Shown: positions 1 to 11,431, counted from the stretch's first letter. The stretch: DNA of 64,000 nt from an uncultured Planctomycetota bacterium (GCA_963823665.1 CAWGMQ010000003.1:640001-704000), one strand, 5' to 3'. Translations and numbers: made by a program. The notes: generated by a model from the sequence alone, not told the origin.

Positions 1-1
1 C

Positions 2-1153
2 GAGGGCCTGAAGATCCTCCGACTCAACTCGCGGGGCGGCGCGGCGAACCCGGGTGTGCACAGCCTCCTGCTGCGGGTCGGCGGGGCGCCCGAGCTTCGC
101 CTCGCCTGGCAGAAGGCCCTTGCTGCGAATCCTCCTGATCACAACGCCTGGTTCGGCTACGCCGAGCTGTGCCTGTTCCTCGGCGATGTGGACGAGTACC
201 GCCGGGCCCGCTGCGACTTGCTTGCTCGCTTCGGGGCCAGCACCGATCATTACGTCGCGGAGCGGACCGGACGCGCCTGCCTGCTGCTGCCCGCCTCGGA
301 GGACGAGCTGCGCCAGGCGGCCGCGCTCACCGACCGCGCCGTGGCCGCTCGGGGATCTGACAAGAGCTCGGGGCCTCGCCCTTACGCCCTGTTCGCCAAG
401 GGTCTGGCGGAGTATCGCCTGGGCCGTCATGAGAGCGCAATCGCCCTGATGGAACAGTGCGCCGCGGGGGTCAAGGGGCCCGCCGCCCGCTTCGTCGAGG
501 CCATGGCCCGGCATCGCTCGGGACAGACAGCCGGCGCACGCAAGGCCCTGGCGACGGCGGTCCTCTCTTTCGATTGGAGTGCGGCAAAGGCGGACTCTCG
601 GGATCCCGCCTGGATCGCGCACATCCTCCGCCGCGAGGCCGAGGCGATGATCCTGCCGGACTTGCCGGCGTTCCTGCAGGGGAACTATCAGCCGCGGGAC
701 AACGACGAACGGCTGGCCCTGCTGGGGGTCTGCCAATTCAAGGATCTTCGCGGCGCCGAAGCCGGCCTCTACGCCGCGGCCTTCTCGGCCGACCCGAGAC
801 TGGCCGAGGTGTTGGCGACTGGGCTCCGCTACCCCGCGGTCCGCGCCGCTGCCGCGGCCGGCGACGGCCGCGGTGCGGACGCGGCCAAGCTCGGCGCGGA
901 GGAGCGGAACCGCTGGCACCGCCAGGCGCGCGACTGGCTCCGGGCCGAGGTCGCCCTCTGGAGACGGACGCTGGACGACGGTCCGCCGGCGGACCGGGTC
1001 CTGGTTCGGGACCGGCTGACACACCTGTGGGCCGATCCCGACCTCGCCAGGCTCCTGCACCCGGAGGTGCTCTATGAGCGGCCCTCTGCCGAACGCCGCT
1101 CGCTCCGGGGCGAAGTCGACGACCTGATCAGGCGAGCACAGACCATCGAATGA
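2..1153 (+). CDS. C-terminal part (5' end outside window) of a planctomycete Ser/Thr kinase-TPR-like protein
   Basis: Frame is open from base 2. Shares WFGYAELCLFLG...ERTGRACLLLP...HILRREAE...LPAFLQGNYQPRDNDERLAL...DPDLA blocks with the proteins at 21370 and 57732. The kinase domain itself is not visible. Confidence 0.8.
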   Translation, partial: EGLKILRLNSRGGAANPGVHSLLLRVGGAPELRLAWQKALAANPPDHNAWFGYAELCLFLGDVDEYRRARCDLLARFGASTDHYVAERTGRACLLLPASEDELRQAAALTDRAVAARGSDKSSGPRPYALFAKGLAEYRLGRHESAIALMEQCAAGVKGPAARFVEAMARHRSGQTAGARKALATAVLSFDWSAAKADSRDPAWIAHILRREAEAMILPDLPAFLQGNYQPRDNDERLALLGVCQFKDLRGAEAGLYAAAFSADPRLAEVLATGLRYPAVRAAAAAGDGRGADAAKLGAEERNRWHRQARDWLRAEVALWRRTLDDGPPADRVLVRDRLTHLWADPDLARLLHPEVLYERPSAERRSLRGEVDDLIRRAQTIE

Positions 1154-1325
1154 GCTTCGAACCCGCGCCTTGCGCCATGGCCTCGATGCTCCCGTGTCGC
1201 GGCCGAGATCAAGGCACCCGCCACCAACGCGGATGGCTCAGTGGGAACGGTCTTCCCCGTCGAGCGAAACCTTGCCGCGAAAGTTGCGAAAGCGGCATAG
1301 CTCTAACTCCACATCGTCCTCGAAA

Positions 1326-2715
1326 TCAATCGATGAGTTTCATGAGCGCCAGATGGCCATCGGTATAAGGCGGGTAGCGAACGGGAATGTCGAGATGGGT
1401 CGACTTGGCGAGAACCCCCTTCCGGTGCGTGAACGTCTCGAAGCTCCACTGGCCGTGGTAGCGTCCCATGCCGCTGTCGCCGACGCCGCCGAACGGGAGC
1501 TCGGGGACGACCATGTGCATGATGACGTCGTTGATGCAGACGTTGCCCGAGCTTGTCTGGTCGATGACTTTGCGCTGCGTTGCCTCGTCGTTCGAGAAAA
1601 GGTAGAGAGCCAGCGGCTTGGGACGGTCGGTCACGAACTCGATCGCGGCGTTCATGCTCGGGACGGTGAGGACCGGCAGAATCGGCCCGAAGATCTCATC
1701 CTGCATGACCGGCGCCTTGGGCGAGACGCCCCGCAGGATCGTCGGCGCGATGTATCGCTCCTCGGCCTCGGCCTTGCCTCCGCAAACGACCTCGCCGTCG
1801 CGGAGCAACTTCGACAGCCTCTCAAAGTTGCGGTCGTTGACGATCCGGCAGTAGTCCGGGCTTTTTCGGGGGTCGTGACCGTAGAAGGCGGTCACGGCCG
1901 CGCGCAGGTGCGCGAGGAGCTCAAGCTCGACTGCCTCGTGCACCAGTACGTAGTCGGGTGCCACACAGGTCTGGCCGGCGTTACTGAACCGGCCCCAGGC
2001 GATCCGCCGCGCGGCGACTTCAAGCGAGGCGTCGCGGTCGACAAGGCAAGGTGACTTTCCGCCGAGCTCGAGGACAACGGGGGTGAGGTGCTTGGCGGCC
2101 TTCTCGAGCACGATCTGGCAGACGCGGCCGCCGCCCGTGAAAAAGATGAGGTCGAATCGCTCGCCAAGGAGCGCCTGGGTCTCCTCGGCCGCCCCCTCGA
2201 CCACCGAGACGGCCTCCGGGTCGAGGTAGCGCGGCACCAGGTCCGCCATCAGCGCAGCAGTGTGGACCGAGATCTCCGACGGCTTCAGGACCGCCGCATT
2301 GCCGCCGGCCAGCGCACCCACCAGGGGCGCCAGCAGCAGGTTGATGGGATAATTCCAGGCGCCGATGACGAGCACCACGCCGAGGGGGGTCGTGGGTGGT
2401 CCAGGACCGGCCGGGCTGGGCCAGGAGCGACGTGTGCTTCCGCTCCGGCCTCATCCAGTTGTCGAGGTGCTCGAGCGCGTCGTCGATCTCACCGATCACG
2501 AAGCCGACCTCGGTGAGATACGCTTCGAGCCGGGTCTTCCGGAGGTCGGCCCAAAGCGCCTCGAAGATGGCCGACTCCTCCTTTTTCAGGAGCGCCTTCA
2601 GGGCCTCGAGCTGCGCCCGGCGCCAGGAGCCGGGGCGCGTCCGCCCGCCGCGGAACGACGCCCGCGCCTTCGCGACCTTTTCCACAATCCCCGCCCCGCT
2701 GTTTGTCGTTGCCAA
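1326..2715 (-). CDS. Aldehyde dehydrogenase (ALDH3/coniferyl-ALDH-like), one frameshift near 2385
   Basis: ORFs 2020..2715 and 1326..2378 join at HDP/LGVVLVIGAWNYP, with an extra G in a G6 run. Motifs [43 protein letters not shown] precedes a TTG start. Confidence 0.9.
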
Positions 2716-2746
2716 TGTGAGCCTCCCCTCTCGAGTTGGAGAGCGT

Positions 2747-3133
2747 TTATTTCGCTTTCGCCTTGACGACGACCGTCCCGCTCATGGTCTTGCCGTGCAC
2801 CTTGCAGTGATACTTGAATTCCCCAGCCTTCTCGAACTTGACTGGCTTCGTGGTCTCGCCGGGCTTGAACTCCTTGGTGTCGAAAGTCTTTCCGTCGTCG
2901 TCGGAGGCGGCGGTGTGGTTGGTGCGAGCCTCGTTGACCCAGACGACCGACTCACCCTCGGTGATCTCGACCTTCTTGGGGCTGAAGCTCAGACTCTTCA
3001 CCGTGACGGTGATCTCATTGGCCTTGGGGTCTGAGCTCTTGCCGTCAACCGCCCCAGGCGCCAGGTAGCAGAGCACCGCTAAGATCGTGAGCGCGCAGCA
3101 GACGGGAACGACCCACTTGTCTTGCATGTTCAT
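2747..3133 (-). CDS. Secreted cupredoxin (plastocyanin/amicyanin-like blue copper protein)
   Basis: Signal peptide. Type-1 Cu ligand pattern NHT...YHCKVHGKTM. AAGGAG RBS. Confidence 0.85.
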   Translation of the reverse strand: MNMQDKWVVPVCCALTILAVLCYLAPGAVDGKSSDPKANEITVTVKSLSFSPKKVEITEGESVVWVNEARTNHTAASDDDGKTFDTKEFKPGETTKPVKFEKAGEFKYHCKVHGKTMSGTVVVKAKAK

Positions 3134-3275
3134 CTCCTTTCAGAGGTCCGTACCGTCGAACAGAATGGCGATCGTTCGGTTTACATCGGCGCAGTCCAGG
3201 GAAATGAGCCTTCTCCGTCGCGGCCGCGCCCGGCGAGAATTGGCCTGCCGGGCGCGGCGTGGGCGTGTCGCACCA

Positions 3276-4515
3276 CTAGAATTGCTTCATGTACTCGATG
3301 AGCGCACGCTTGTCTTCATCGCCGAGTTCACGTCCGTAGGTGTAGCGGGATTGGCTTGCCGTCTTTGTCATGGTCAAACACTTGCTCGGTGCCTGCCTGG
3401 TTCAACTTGAACCCCAGGCTAGACATCTGCCCGTAGCTGCCGCCCGCATCCCAATTGGGGCTCAGGGTCCGCGCGATGTGCGTACCCAGCTCCGACCGGT
3501 AAGTCGGTTCGGCGTCAGTACCGCCGATACCGTCGTTCTCGGGCAGGCCGACATGCCGGCTGATCGATTGCATCATCACCTTCTGCTCGGGTGTGATTCG
3601 CTCCGCGTGAGCCAGCTTGAGTCGATCGTTCAGCCGGTAAATCGAGTTGATCAGAATCGGGCCGTTGATGAAGTCCGACGGGAACCGAGTCGTCTCACTC
3701 GTGCCCGGCGGCTGGCTGTGCAAGTAGTGCCAGGCGAACGTGTCTTTCGGCGCGTCGAAGCCGAACAGCATCCCTTCGCGGAAATACTGACCGCCGATGT
3801 GAGAATCGATGTTTTCCCACTTCGGCTCGGCCGGGTTCTTGGGCGGCCGATTGGGGTTGAAGGCCGTGTGGCACACGGCACAGGCCATCCCGACGTGGAA
3901 CGGCGGCTCGACACTGCTCGCATCATCGAGGTACTTGTCGATCGACCATTTCTTGGCGTCGAAGTCCTTGTTCTTGAAGAGTTGCAGGCCGACGACTCCG
4001 CTGGAGAAGCCGAAGACTTCGGGATCCCAGGTGAGCGTGCCATCCTTCCTCCGGTCGATCTTCAGGCCGTACTGGTCAGGTTTGTCGACGGCCACGCAGT
4101 CGGGGTCGTTGATGAGCCCGATTTTTTCCCACCGCTCGGAACGCGGCACGGTATGCAGCATCCGCAAGAGGTCGATCCGGGCTGTGAGCACGTTTTCATT
4201 GTTGCTGGTGAGCTTGGCAGTCTCCCGCCAGTAACCCGGATTATCAAAACCACACCACCAGTGCCAGAAATCCATGCCGTCGCCGACTTTTTCTGGGTCC
4301 ACACCGTAACGCTTGGCCGCGGCGTCGGCGTGGTTCTTCCGGTGCGAAGCGTACGTCTGCTCGCCGTCCTTCACTGGGCGACCGAAGGTGTACTCGACCT
4401 CGTCGTCTTCCGCGGCGAGCGCGGGGGCGCGATCCCCGCCCAAGCCCCACAGTGCCGCCAGGGCCAATGCGGCAATGGCGCCGCCCCCAAGGATTTGCTG
4501 TCTGCCGGTGCTCAT
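3276..4515 (-). pseudogene. Secreted c-type heme protein, apparently internally deleted and frameshifted
   Basis: Signal peptide and CAVCH heme motif. The ORF ends at 3328, but a cytochrome-like C-terminus YTYGRELGDEDKRALIEYMKQF* lies in another frame and ends at 3276. Confidence 0.6.
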
Positions 4516-4552
4516 GGTTGCTTCTTTCGTTCTGATAACGGCCTTTTATGTT

Positions 4553-5185
4553 TCACTTGGTCCGATGGGACCCTTCGAGTTCCACCGGCAGGTCGGCGTC
4601 GGGCGAGAGGACGAAGGGCTGCTCGCCGGTGACCGACCAGAAGAGCCGGGCCGGGCCCCGCGGATAGTCGGTCCCCGAGGCCCACGTGTGATAGACCTTC
4701 CCCCAACACGTCCGTATCTTGCGCAGCGTCCGCTGCTCCTCGTCGCCCGTCTGGGTCAGGCTCTTCAAGTAGCCGGCATCGACCTCGTGCTTGTGGTCGT
4801 GCCAGTATGCCTTCTCCTCGGGCGGCATCTTCTGATACACGGCGTCGCTGATCAGGTACTCGACGCCGATCAGCTTGGCGTTTGGCCCAATGCCGTCGTA
4901 AAGCACGCACTGGCTCAGGTCGCCGTTGACCTCCTTGCAGAAGTGGTAGGCGACCCGCGAGTACTCGGGTAGCTCCTTGAGCAGATGCACACCGGCGAAG
5001 GCCAGGGGACAATGGAGCAACTCCTGAATAGGGGCCTTGCCCCCCGCCACGGACTGGCCGTGGGCGGGCTTGGCGTCGTCGGCGCGGGCGGGTTTCCCCC
5101 TCATGGCGTTCGACAGTGACATCCCGGCGGCCAAGCTGACGAGGCAGGCGACCAGGAACGGGGCCTTGGTACTGCGTCTGGACAT
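4553..5185 (-). CDS. DUF1264/OBAP-like exported protein
   Basis: Motifs AYHFC, QCVLYDG..AKLIGVEYLIS, EKAYWHDHKHEV, WGKVYHTW. N-terminal signal peptide. Confidence 0.75.
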   Translation of the reverse strand: MSRRSTKAPFLVACLVSLAAGMSLSNAMRGKPARADDAKPAHGQSVAGGKAPIQELLHCPLAFAGVHLLKELPEYSRVAYHFCKEVNGDLSQCVLYDGIGPNAKLIGVEYLISDAVYQKMPPEEKAYWHDHKHEVDAGYLKSLTQTGDEEQRTLRKIRTCWGKVYHTWASGTDYPRGPARLFWSVTGEQPFVLSPDADLPVELEGSHRTK

Positions 5186-5304
5186 CGGGGCTCGACTTTC
5201 TAAGAAAAGGGTTGAGAGGCAGGCCCGCGGTTTGGGCAGGCACTTTAACGGGCGGAAGCGCGCGAATGATCGGGGCGATACGTTTTATAACCGCCGTGAT
5301 GTGA

Positions 5305-5430
5305 GCCACACGGGACCCGGCTTGCTCCCAGGCGACTGTGCTGCCCTGGACGCTGACGACGTTGGTGTGGCCGGCGGCGAGCAATTTCTCGGCCGCCTGC
5401 CGCCTGAGGCCGCCCGATCGGCAGGCCCAC
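5305..5430 (-). pseudogene. Rhodanese-domain fragment
   Basis: Translates as ACRSGGLRRQAAEKLLAAGHTNVVSVQGSTVAWEQAG (CRSG loop and C-terminal GG..AW..AG signature). No N-terminal half is present. Confidence 0.55.
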
Positions 5431-5614
5431 GCGAGCCATCGCACCCCCTCTCATTCCGTCAGTCTCCTAAGCGGGGGGAAGGGACAGCCATTCGACTGGC
5501 GATGTGCGGGAGCGGGTCCGGGCGCGCTGGCACCCCCCGGCTCGATGGAGCGATGGAGCGATGGAGGGTGAGGTTGTACTCATTGGTGTTGCTCCTGATG
5601 CGCAATTACCCTCT

Positions 5615-7306
5615 CTAGTGATGAGTGGAGGCCATATTCATCGGCGTGTTGCCGACTCCCGTTGCGTAATGTAGGCGATCCGTCGCGATCAGATAGTTGT
5701 AACGCGCATTCAGCAGGTTTTGTTCAGCGCGGGTCAGCGACGCCTGCGCGTCGGTGATCTCGGTTGGCGTGGCGGCTCCCTCGCGGAGTCGCAGTTGCAC
5801 GAGCCGGTAATTCTCGCGTGCTTGATCGACGGCTGGACGGGCGTCAGCGATGCCTACCCAGGCCGTGACAGCCGCCCGATACGCTTCGTTGACCTGGAAC
5901 GCGATCTGATCGGTAATCGACTCGGCCTGCGCCATCGCTTGCCGCACACGTGCCTCCGCGATGCGAGTCGCCGCGATCTTCTTGCCGCCTTCGAACAGCG
6001 CCCATTCGAGTCGAATGAATCCAAGGCGGAAATCGACGCGACCGTCGTTATGCTGCTGCGCGAAGTCAAATAACGTTCCATCCGCGATGACCTTGGGAGC
6101 GAAGTCGGCCCGGGCGACTCGAGTACCCTGGAGCGCGATCTCGACCGTGCTTCGGAGGACGCCAAACTCGCGACGCTCTCGAACGGCAGTCTCGAGACAC
6201 TCCGCCAGGCTGATGCCAATCGGCGGGCTCTCGGGCGGCTCAAGGACGCGCACCGGCTCATTGCATTTCAGGCCGATCGCAAGGTTCAGCGCGGCGAGCG
6301 CAGTGAATTCGGCCTCGGTCGCCGTGTGCACGGCCTGAAGCGTCTCCGCGTGTTGAACCTCCGCCCGCAGGACGACTTCGCGCTCAATGACGCCCTCCTG
6401 CTGCCGCTTACGAGCATCAACAAGCTCTTCCTCACTGCGGCGGAGGGCATCCTGCTCAGTCCGCCGTAACGCCTGGCTTCTGAGAACGTTGTAGTAGGCC
6501 ACGGCGACTTCGTTGGCCACCGTCTGGTAAGCGCGGCCCGTTTGCAGACCGGCGATCTCGGTCGCCAACCGCGATTGCTCGTACCGACCGAGCCGGCGAC
6601 CAAAGTCCAGGAGCAGCCACTGAACCTTTAGCTCTGCGAGTTCGAATGATGTGCCGATATTCAGCCCAAATGGCACCGCCCCGACGCCAGGTATGAAATT
6701 AAATCCAGCAGGGCCCTTCGGGATCGGGATCGAATTGCCCGTCACGCCGAGACCGAACCCACCCACGTCATAATTGGCCGCCACCAAGGGCAAGAATGTG
6801 GAGAACGCGATCTGCTGCAAGCCGCGGGCTTCGGCGATGGCCTCAAGCTGTGCGCGCAATCGTGGTTGCAAGCGGAAGGCCTGCTTAATCGCATCCGGAA
6901 GCGCGAGAGGCCGGCCGTCGGCGGCGATGGCATCAAGCGCGGCGTCATCTGAGTCGCTGGGCAGCAACACCGCGTTCGGAGGCACCTGATCGGAATCCAC
7001 ACGCCGTGGAGGAGGAATGATTGCTGCGGGCAACGGGGCTTTGCGGTCGGCTTGAGACGGCGCCTGGGCACGCTCCGTTGGTTGCAGCGCGACGGCCGGC
7101 TGTACTGCGGCGTCTTTCGACTCTGGTCGGACGGTATTGACGGCACCTTTGCTCGACGAAGCGGTCTCCTTGGCTTCGACCGGCGTAAGACGTTGAGAAA
7201 GCCGATCTTGGAGGTCAGCCTGCGAGTGCGCACAACCGGATGCGATGGCAAGCCCGATCAGCAAAGCTCGGCGACAAACAGCATTTGATCGATCCCACCA
7301 AGGCAT
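5615..7306 (-). CDS. TolC-family outer-membrane efflux lipoprotein
   Basis: Lipobox-like ASGC. Two OEP-like helical repeats (WLLLDFGRR; WALFEGGK; GAATPTEITDAQ). Confidence 0.85.
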   Translation of the reverse strand: MPWWDRSNAVCRRALLIGLAIASGCAHSQADLQDRLSQRLTPVEAKETASSSKGAVNTVRPESKDAAVQPAVALQPTERAQAPSQADRKAPLPAAIIPPPRRVDSDQVPPNAVLLPSDSDDAALDAIAADGRPLALPDAIKQAFRLQPRLRAQLEAIAEARGLQQIAFSTFLPLVAANYDVGGFGLGVTGNSIPIPKGPAGFNFIPGVGAVPFGLNIGTSFELAELKVQWLLLDFGRRLGRYEQSRLATEIAGLQTGRAYQTVANEVAVAYYNVLRSQALRRTEQDALRRSEEELVDARKRQQEGVIEREVVLRAEVQHAETLQAVHTATEAEFTALAALNLAIGLKCNEPVRVLEPPESPPIGISLAECLETAVRERREFGVLRSTVEIALQGTRVARADFAPKVIADGTLFDFAQQHNDGRVDFRLGFIRLEWALFEGGKKIAATRIAEARVRQAMAQAESITDQIAFQVNEAYRAAVTAWVGIADARPAVDQARENYRLVQLRLREGAATPTEITDAQASLTRAEQNLLNARYNYLIATDRLHYATGVGNTPMNMASTHH

Positions 7307-7506
7307 TATTCGGTCGCTCCAGCACGCATGATTGCATTTGTCGCGGGCACAGAGACTTATTGAGATTATCGGATCTGATCACTGTGAGCATAAACGGGAT
7401 CGCGCGGGTTGCAGAGTCGTTGCGTGTTTGATGATGGGTTGGCCTCTGACCGCGCTGGCTTCGAGTTCGCTGTTCAGTAGCTCGTGGGGTTGATCTTGAC
7501 CTTATC

Positions 7507-8556
7507 CTAGTAGAAGCCTTGGTTGTCTCGTCTGACGCTGACCTTGCCGGCGAATTGTCGCGAGACGAAAACGAAATACGCGGACGCCAGTGCGCAACTG
7601 ATCGGCCACCAGATCGCGGCGTAGGCCAGTGAATTGGGACCGGCGGCGACGTCGTAAACGGTAAGCGAATAACCGGGCGTCAGCGTCGAGTGCAACACTA
7701 CAGGAAAAATGGCGGCGGCCCCGGTAGCCAGCAGGCCCGCAAGCAGGATGTTCGACGCGATGAACGCACGCATTTCACGTCGCTTCGCCAGCCCTGAAAT
7801 CAGCGTGATCGCCGCGGCGCAGACCAGGATCAATCCAAGCCACCAAAATGGGTTCTGAATCGCGTGCCCGAGAAGATCGGGGCGCACAACGCCGGAAAGG
7901 ACGGAGATGACCAGCAACAGCGGAGCAGCCGTCGCCCAGAGTACCCTCGCGTAGCCCGCGCTGCGGTCATGCACGACGCCTTGCGTCTTGAGCGTGAGAA
8001 AGGTCGCACCGTGTGCCGCCAGCGCGACAGCAACGAAGAGCGCAACCGATACCGTGTACCAGTCGAGCAGTCCCACATGGCCGCGTGGCGTGAAATCGGT
8101 GAAGAAGGCCATGGAGAACGTGCCGTCGGAAGCAAGCGGAACACCGCGGGCCATATTGCCCGCCGCTGCGCCGAAGAGGACGGCCAGGAGCGTATTGGCG
8201 AGTACGAAGACGAAATCCCAGAACCCCTGCCACATGCGATCGTCAATGTGGCCGCCGACTTCCAGCGAGATTCCGCGCAATATCAAACACCACAAAATAA
8301 GAAAGAGTGCGAGGTAATAGCCGGCAAAGGCGGATGCCAGAAGCTTGGGGAATACCGCGAACAAGGTGCCGCCGAAACCGACCAGCCAAACTTCGTGCCA
8401 GGACCAGAGCGGACCGATCGCGGCGATGACCTGACGGCGTTCGGCGGGCGTTCGCGCCACAAGCCAGTGGAGAATTCCAGCGCCGAAGTTGCGGCCGTCC
8501 AGGACCACGTAGACGATGATCATCAAGCCAGCAATTCCATACCATACCGCGATCAT
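7507..8556 (-). CDS. cydB: Cytochrome bd ubiquinol oxidase subunit II
   Basis: VLDGRNFGAG, IGPLWSWHEVWLV, multiple TM segments. Overlaps the cydA stop codon. Confidence 0.95.
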   Translation of the reverse strand: MIAVWYGIAGLMIIVYVVLDGRNFGAGILHWLVARTPAERRQVIAAIGPLWSWHEVWLVGFGGTLFAVFPKLLASAFAGYYLALFLILWCLILRGISLEVGGHIDDRMWQGFWDFVFVLANTLLAVLFGAAAGNMARGVPLASDGTFSMAFFTDFTPRGHVGLLDWYTVSVALFVAVALAAHGATFLTLKTQGVVHDRSAGYARVLWATAAPLLLVISVLSGVVRPDLLGHAIQNPFWWLGLILVCAAAITLISGLAKRREMRAFIASNILLAGLLATGAAAIFPVVLHSTLTPGYSLTVYDVAAGPNSLAYAAIWWPISCALASAYFVFVSRQFAGKVSVRRDNQGFY

Positions 8557-9920
8557 ACAGACGGCTCCTGTCCATGTTCGGCCGGTACGGCGTCACCGGG
8601 TCCGTGACCGATCTCGCGACTGACCAGAGCCAGAAACAGCAAGCCGAGCACAGAATAAAGGCCGACGAAGCCGATCAGCGTGAACACCGTGTCGCCGCTG
8701 CTGACTACTTTGCTATAGCCGTCGGATGTGCGAAAGAGACCGTAGATCAGCCAGGGCTGGCGTCCCAACTCCGCCGTCATCCACCCCAGCGTGTTGGCAA
8801 GATAGGGAAATGGGAACGCCAGCATCAGCACCCAGAGCAGCGCGGTGCTGGATTCCAGTCGGCCCCTGAGGTTCTGGATTCCAGCATAGGCCATCAGGAT
8901 GATGAAAATCGTCCCGAGCGTGATCATAAGATGAAATGAGTAATAGAGCAGTTCGATGTTGTCGGGCCATAACTCCCTGGGAAAGTCGTCCAATCCGTGT
9001 ACATAGCTTCCAAAGTGCCCGTACGCGAGAAAACTGAGGGCGCCCGGGACCTCGATCGGATTGTCGAGCCGCGTAGCGGCAACATTGGGCTGCCCGATCA
9101 CTGCGACGCCGGCCATGGAGCCACCGACGAATCGGCCCTCCATGGCCGCCAATGTCACCGGCTGGTGATTGCCAACCATCTTGGCCTGCTGGTCGCCAGT
9201 CGGGAACGCAACAAGAATGGAGGCAATCAGGCCGATGACAGTTCCAGCGCGCAGGTACATTCTCGCTTGCTCCAGATGGAGTCCGCGCAAGGTGTAGAAT
9301 GCGCCCACGGCCGCCACCACGAACGAGCCCGTTACGAGCGCCGCCATCTGATTATGGGTGAACTGGATCCACGCCCATGGATTGAGCAGGTAAAGGCTGA
9401 GACTGTCGATGCCCAGCGAGCCATCCGCTTCGATGTGGTAACCCACAGGATGCTGCATGAAAGCGTTTGTCACGATAATGAAGTAGCCGGAAAGCCAGCT
9501 TCCCAGCGCGACCGCCAGCGCGGCCAGGAAGTGATAGCGCGGACCCAGTCGTCTTTCGCCCCAGATGAGCGCGCCAATGAAGGCGCTTTCGAGAAAGAAC
9601 GCGAACATGCCCTCCATCGCCAACGTCTGTCCAATGACGCCGCCGGCGTATCTGGAGAAGCCCGCCCAGTTGGTCCCGAACTGAAACTCCATCGGAATGC
9701 CCGTCACCACTCCGACGGCGAAATTGAGCCCGAAGATCTTGGCCCAGAAGCGCGCGGCCTGGTTATATTTCTGATCACCCGTCCGCAGGTGGCGCCACTT
9801 CCAGAAGACCAGAAACCACGCCAGACCCATGGTGAGCTGCGGAAAGAGATAATGGTACGTGATCGTGAAGGCGAACTGAATTCGGCTCCAGAATGCAGGA
9901 TCGGAAAAGAGTGAGTGCAT
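8553..9920 (-). CDS. cydA: Cytochrome bd ubiquinol oxidase subunit I
   Basis: SRIQFAFTITYHYLF, MEFQFGTNW, AFFLES, ELGRQPW. Confidence 0.95.
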   Translation of the reverse strand: MHSLFSDPAFWSRIQFAFTITYHYLFPQLTMGLAWFLVFWKWRHLRTGDQKYNQAARFWAKIFGLNFAVGVVTGIPMEFQFGTNWAGFSRYAGGVIGQTLAMEGMFAFFLESAFIGALIWGERRLGPRYHFLAALAVALGSWLSGYFIIVTNAFMQHPVGYHIEADGSLGIDSLSLYLLNPWAWIQFTHNQMAALVTGSFVVAAVGAFYTLRGLHLEQARMYLRAGTVIGLIASILVAFPTGDQQAKMVGNHQPVTLAAMEGRFVGGSMAGVAVIGQPNVAATRLDNPIEVPGALSFLAYGHFGSYVHGLDDFPRELWPDNIELLYYSFHLMITLGTIFIILMAYAGIQNLRGRLESSTALLWVLMLAFPFPYLANTLGWMTAELGRQPWLIYGLFRTSDGYSKVVSSGDTVFTLIGFVGLYSVLGLLFLALVSREIGHGPGDAVPAEHGQEPSV

Positions 9921-9941
9921 TGTTTCTACACACCTTTCAGC

Positions 9942-11431
9942 TCAGCTCACGGCCCGCTGCTGATTGGCCCAAAAACGTTCGCGCAGTACCCTCTTGAGTA
10001 TCTTGCCGGAGCCGCTTTTCGGTAGGTCCGTTTCCGAGAACTCGACGCGGCGTGGGACCTTGTAAGTGGCCAGAGACCGCCGGCAATGCGCGATCAACTC
10101 CTCCGCGACGAGGGTCCTCCCCGGCTTCAGCACCACGCAAGCTGTCACGAGTTCGCCCCATTTCGGGTCGGGGATGCCGAACACCGCCGCCTCCCGGACG
10201 GCCGGATGGCTGTAGATCACCGCCTCGACCTCACCGGAATACACGTTCTCGCCGCCGCTGACGATCATGTCCTTCAAGCGGTCGAGGATGTAGAAGTACC
10301 CGTCCGCGTCCTGGTAGCCGACGTCGCCGGTGCGGAACAGGCCGCCCCGGAACGCGCGGCTCGTTTCGTCCGGATTGTTCCAGTAGCCGCGCATGACGTT
10401 CGCGCCCGGGCGACCAGCTCGCCACGCTGCCCGGGCCCGACTTCCGTCCCCGACTCGTCCACGACCCGGACGTCGATGCCGGGACAAGGGCGGCCGCAGG
10501 ACAGGAGCCTGGCCCCCGTGTGCTCGTCGTCAAGCAGGGCGGTCAGGAAGCCCGTTTCGCTGAGCCCGTACCCCTGAACCAGTTTCACGCGAGGGAGAAC
10601 CTCCCTGGTGTGGTTGATAAGTTCGGGGGGCATGGGAGATCCGCCGTATGCGACTCGCTCCAGCGTTGCCAGGTCATACGTCGCCAGGTCCGGGAACTGG
10701 GTCAGCATGTTGATCATCGTCGGCACCAGCACGGTGTGCGTGACGCGGTCGCGCTCGACCGCCTCGCAGAAGTGCTGCGGACTGAACTTTGGGATCGTGA
10801 CCTGGCAGGTGCCGAAAGCCGGCGCCGCGAACAGGAGCGGGAAGTCCACGATGTGGAACATCGGCGCCGCGTGGAGGAAGACACCGCCTTCCTTGTAGGG
10901 CAGCCAGTAGTTGAGGAAGTGGACGTTCTCAAGGACATTTGCGTGACTCAGCGCGACACCTTTGGGACGGCCGGTTGTGCCGCTTGTGTAGATGAGAGCG
11001 AGGATCGCTTTCGTGTCGTAGATGGGGTCGCCACAGGAATTGCTGGAAACGTCCAATGGTTCTTCGTCGATCACCCGCTGCCACGGAGGCTGCACGGTCG
11101 GGACGGGTAGCGACGAGTGCCGAATCAGGCCGCGCGGACTTGCATCGGTCAGCACGTGATCGAGTTCCACCGCGGTAAGCCGCGTGTTGAGTGGGACGGC
11201 GATCACGCCGAGCCAGGCACACGCATAGACCAGCTCGATGTATTCACATTCATTCGGGAGGAGAAGGGCCAACCGGTCTCCAGCTACAAAGCCGTGTCTG
11301 TGAAGCGCAGCCGCAATACTCGCAACACGATCGCGAAGCACTCGAAAAGTCGAGCGCCTCCCGCCGGAAGCGAGGGCTGGCCTTCCTCCAAAGTATCGGG
11401 CGCCCCGGCCTAACGAGTGAGTATGAATCAT
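9942..11431 (-). CDS. Acyl-CoA synthetase (long-chain fatty-acid-CoA ligase family), frameshift near 10408
   Basis: YTSGTTGRPKG and YGLSET in 10274..11431. RTGDVG, DRLKDMIVSGGENVY and PKSGSGK in 9942..10487. One G is missing at VAR/GANVM. Confidence 0.9.

Noticed and set aside
5543..5566. CGATGGAG x3 as a CRISPR or functional repeat
   Set aside because: It is only 24 bp with no spacers and looks like a slippage microsatellite. No CRISPR array, tRNA or rRNA was recognised anywhere in the window.
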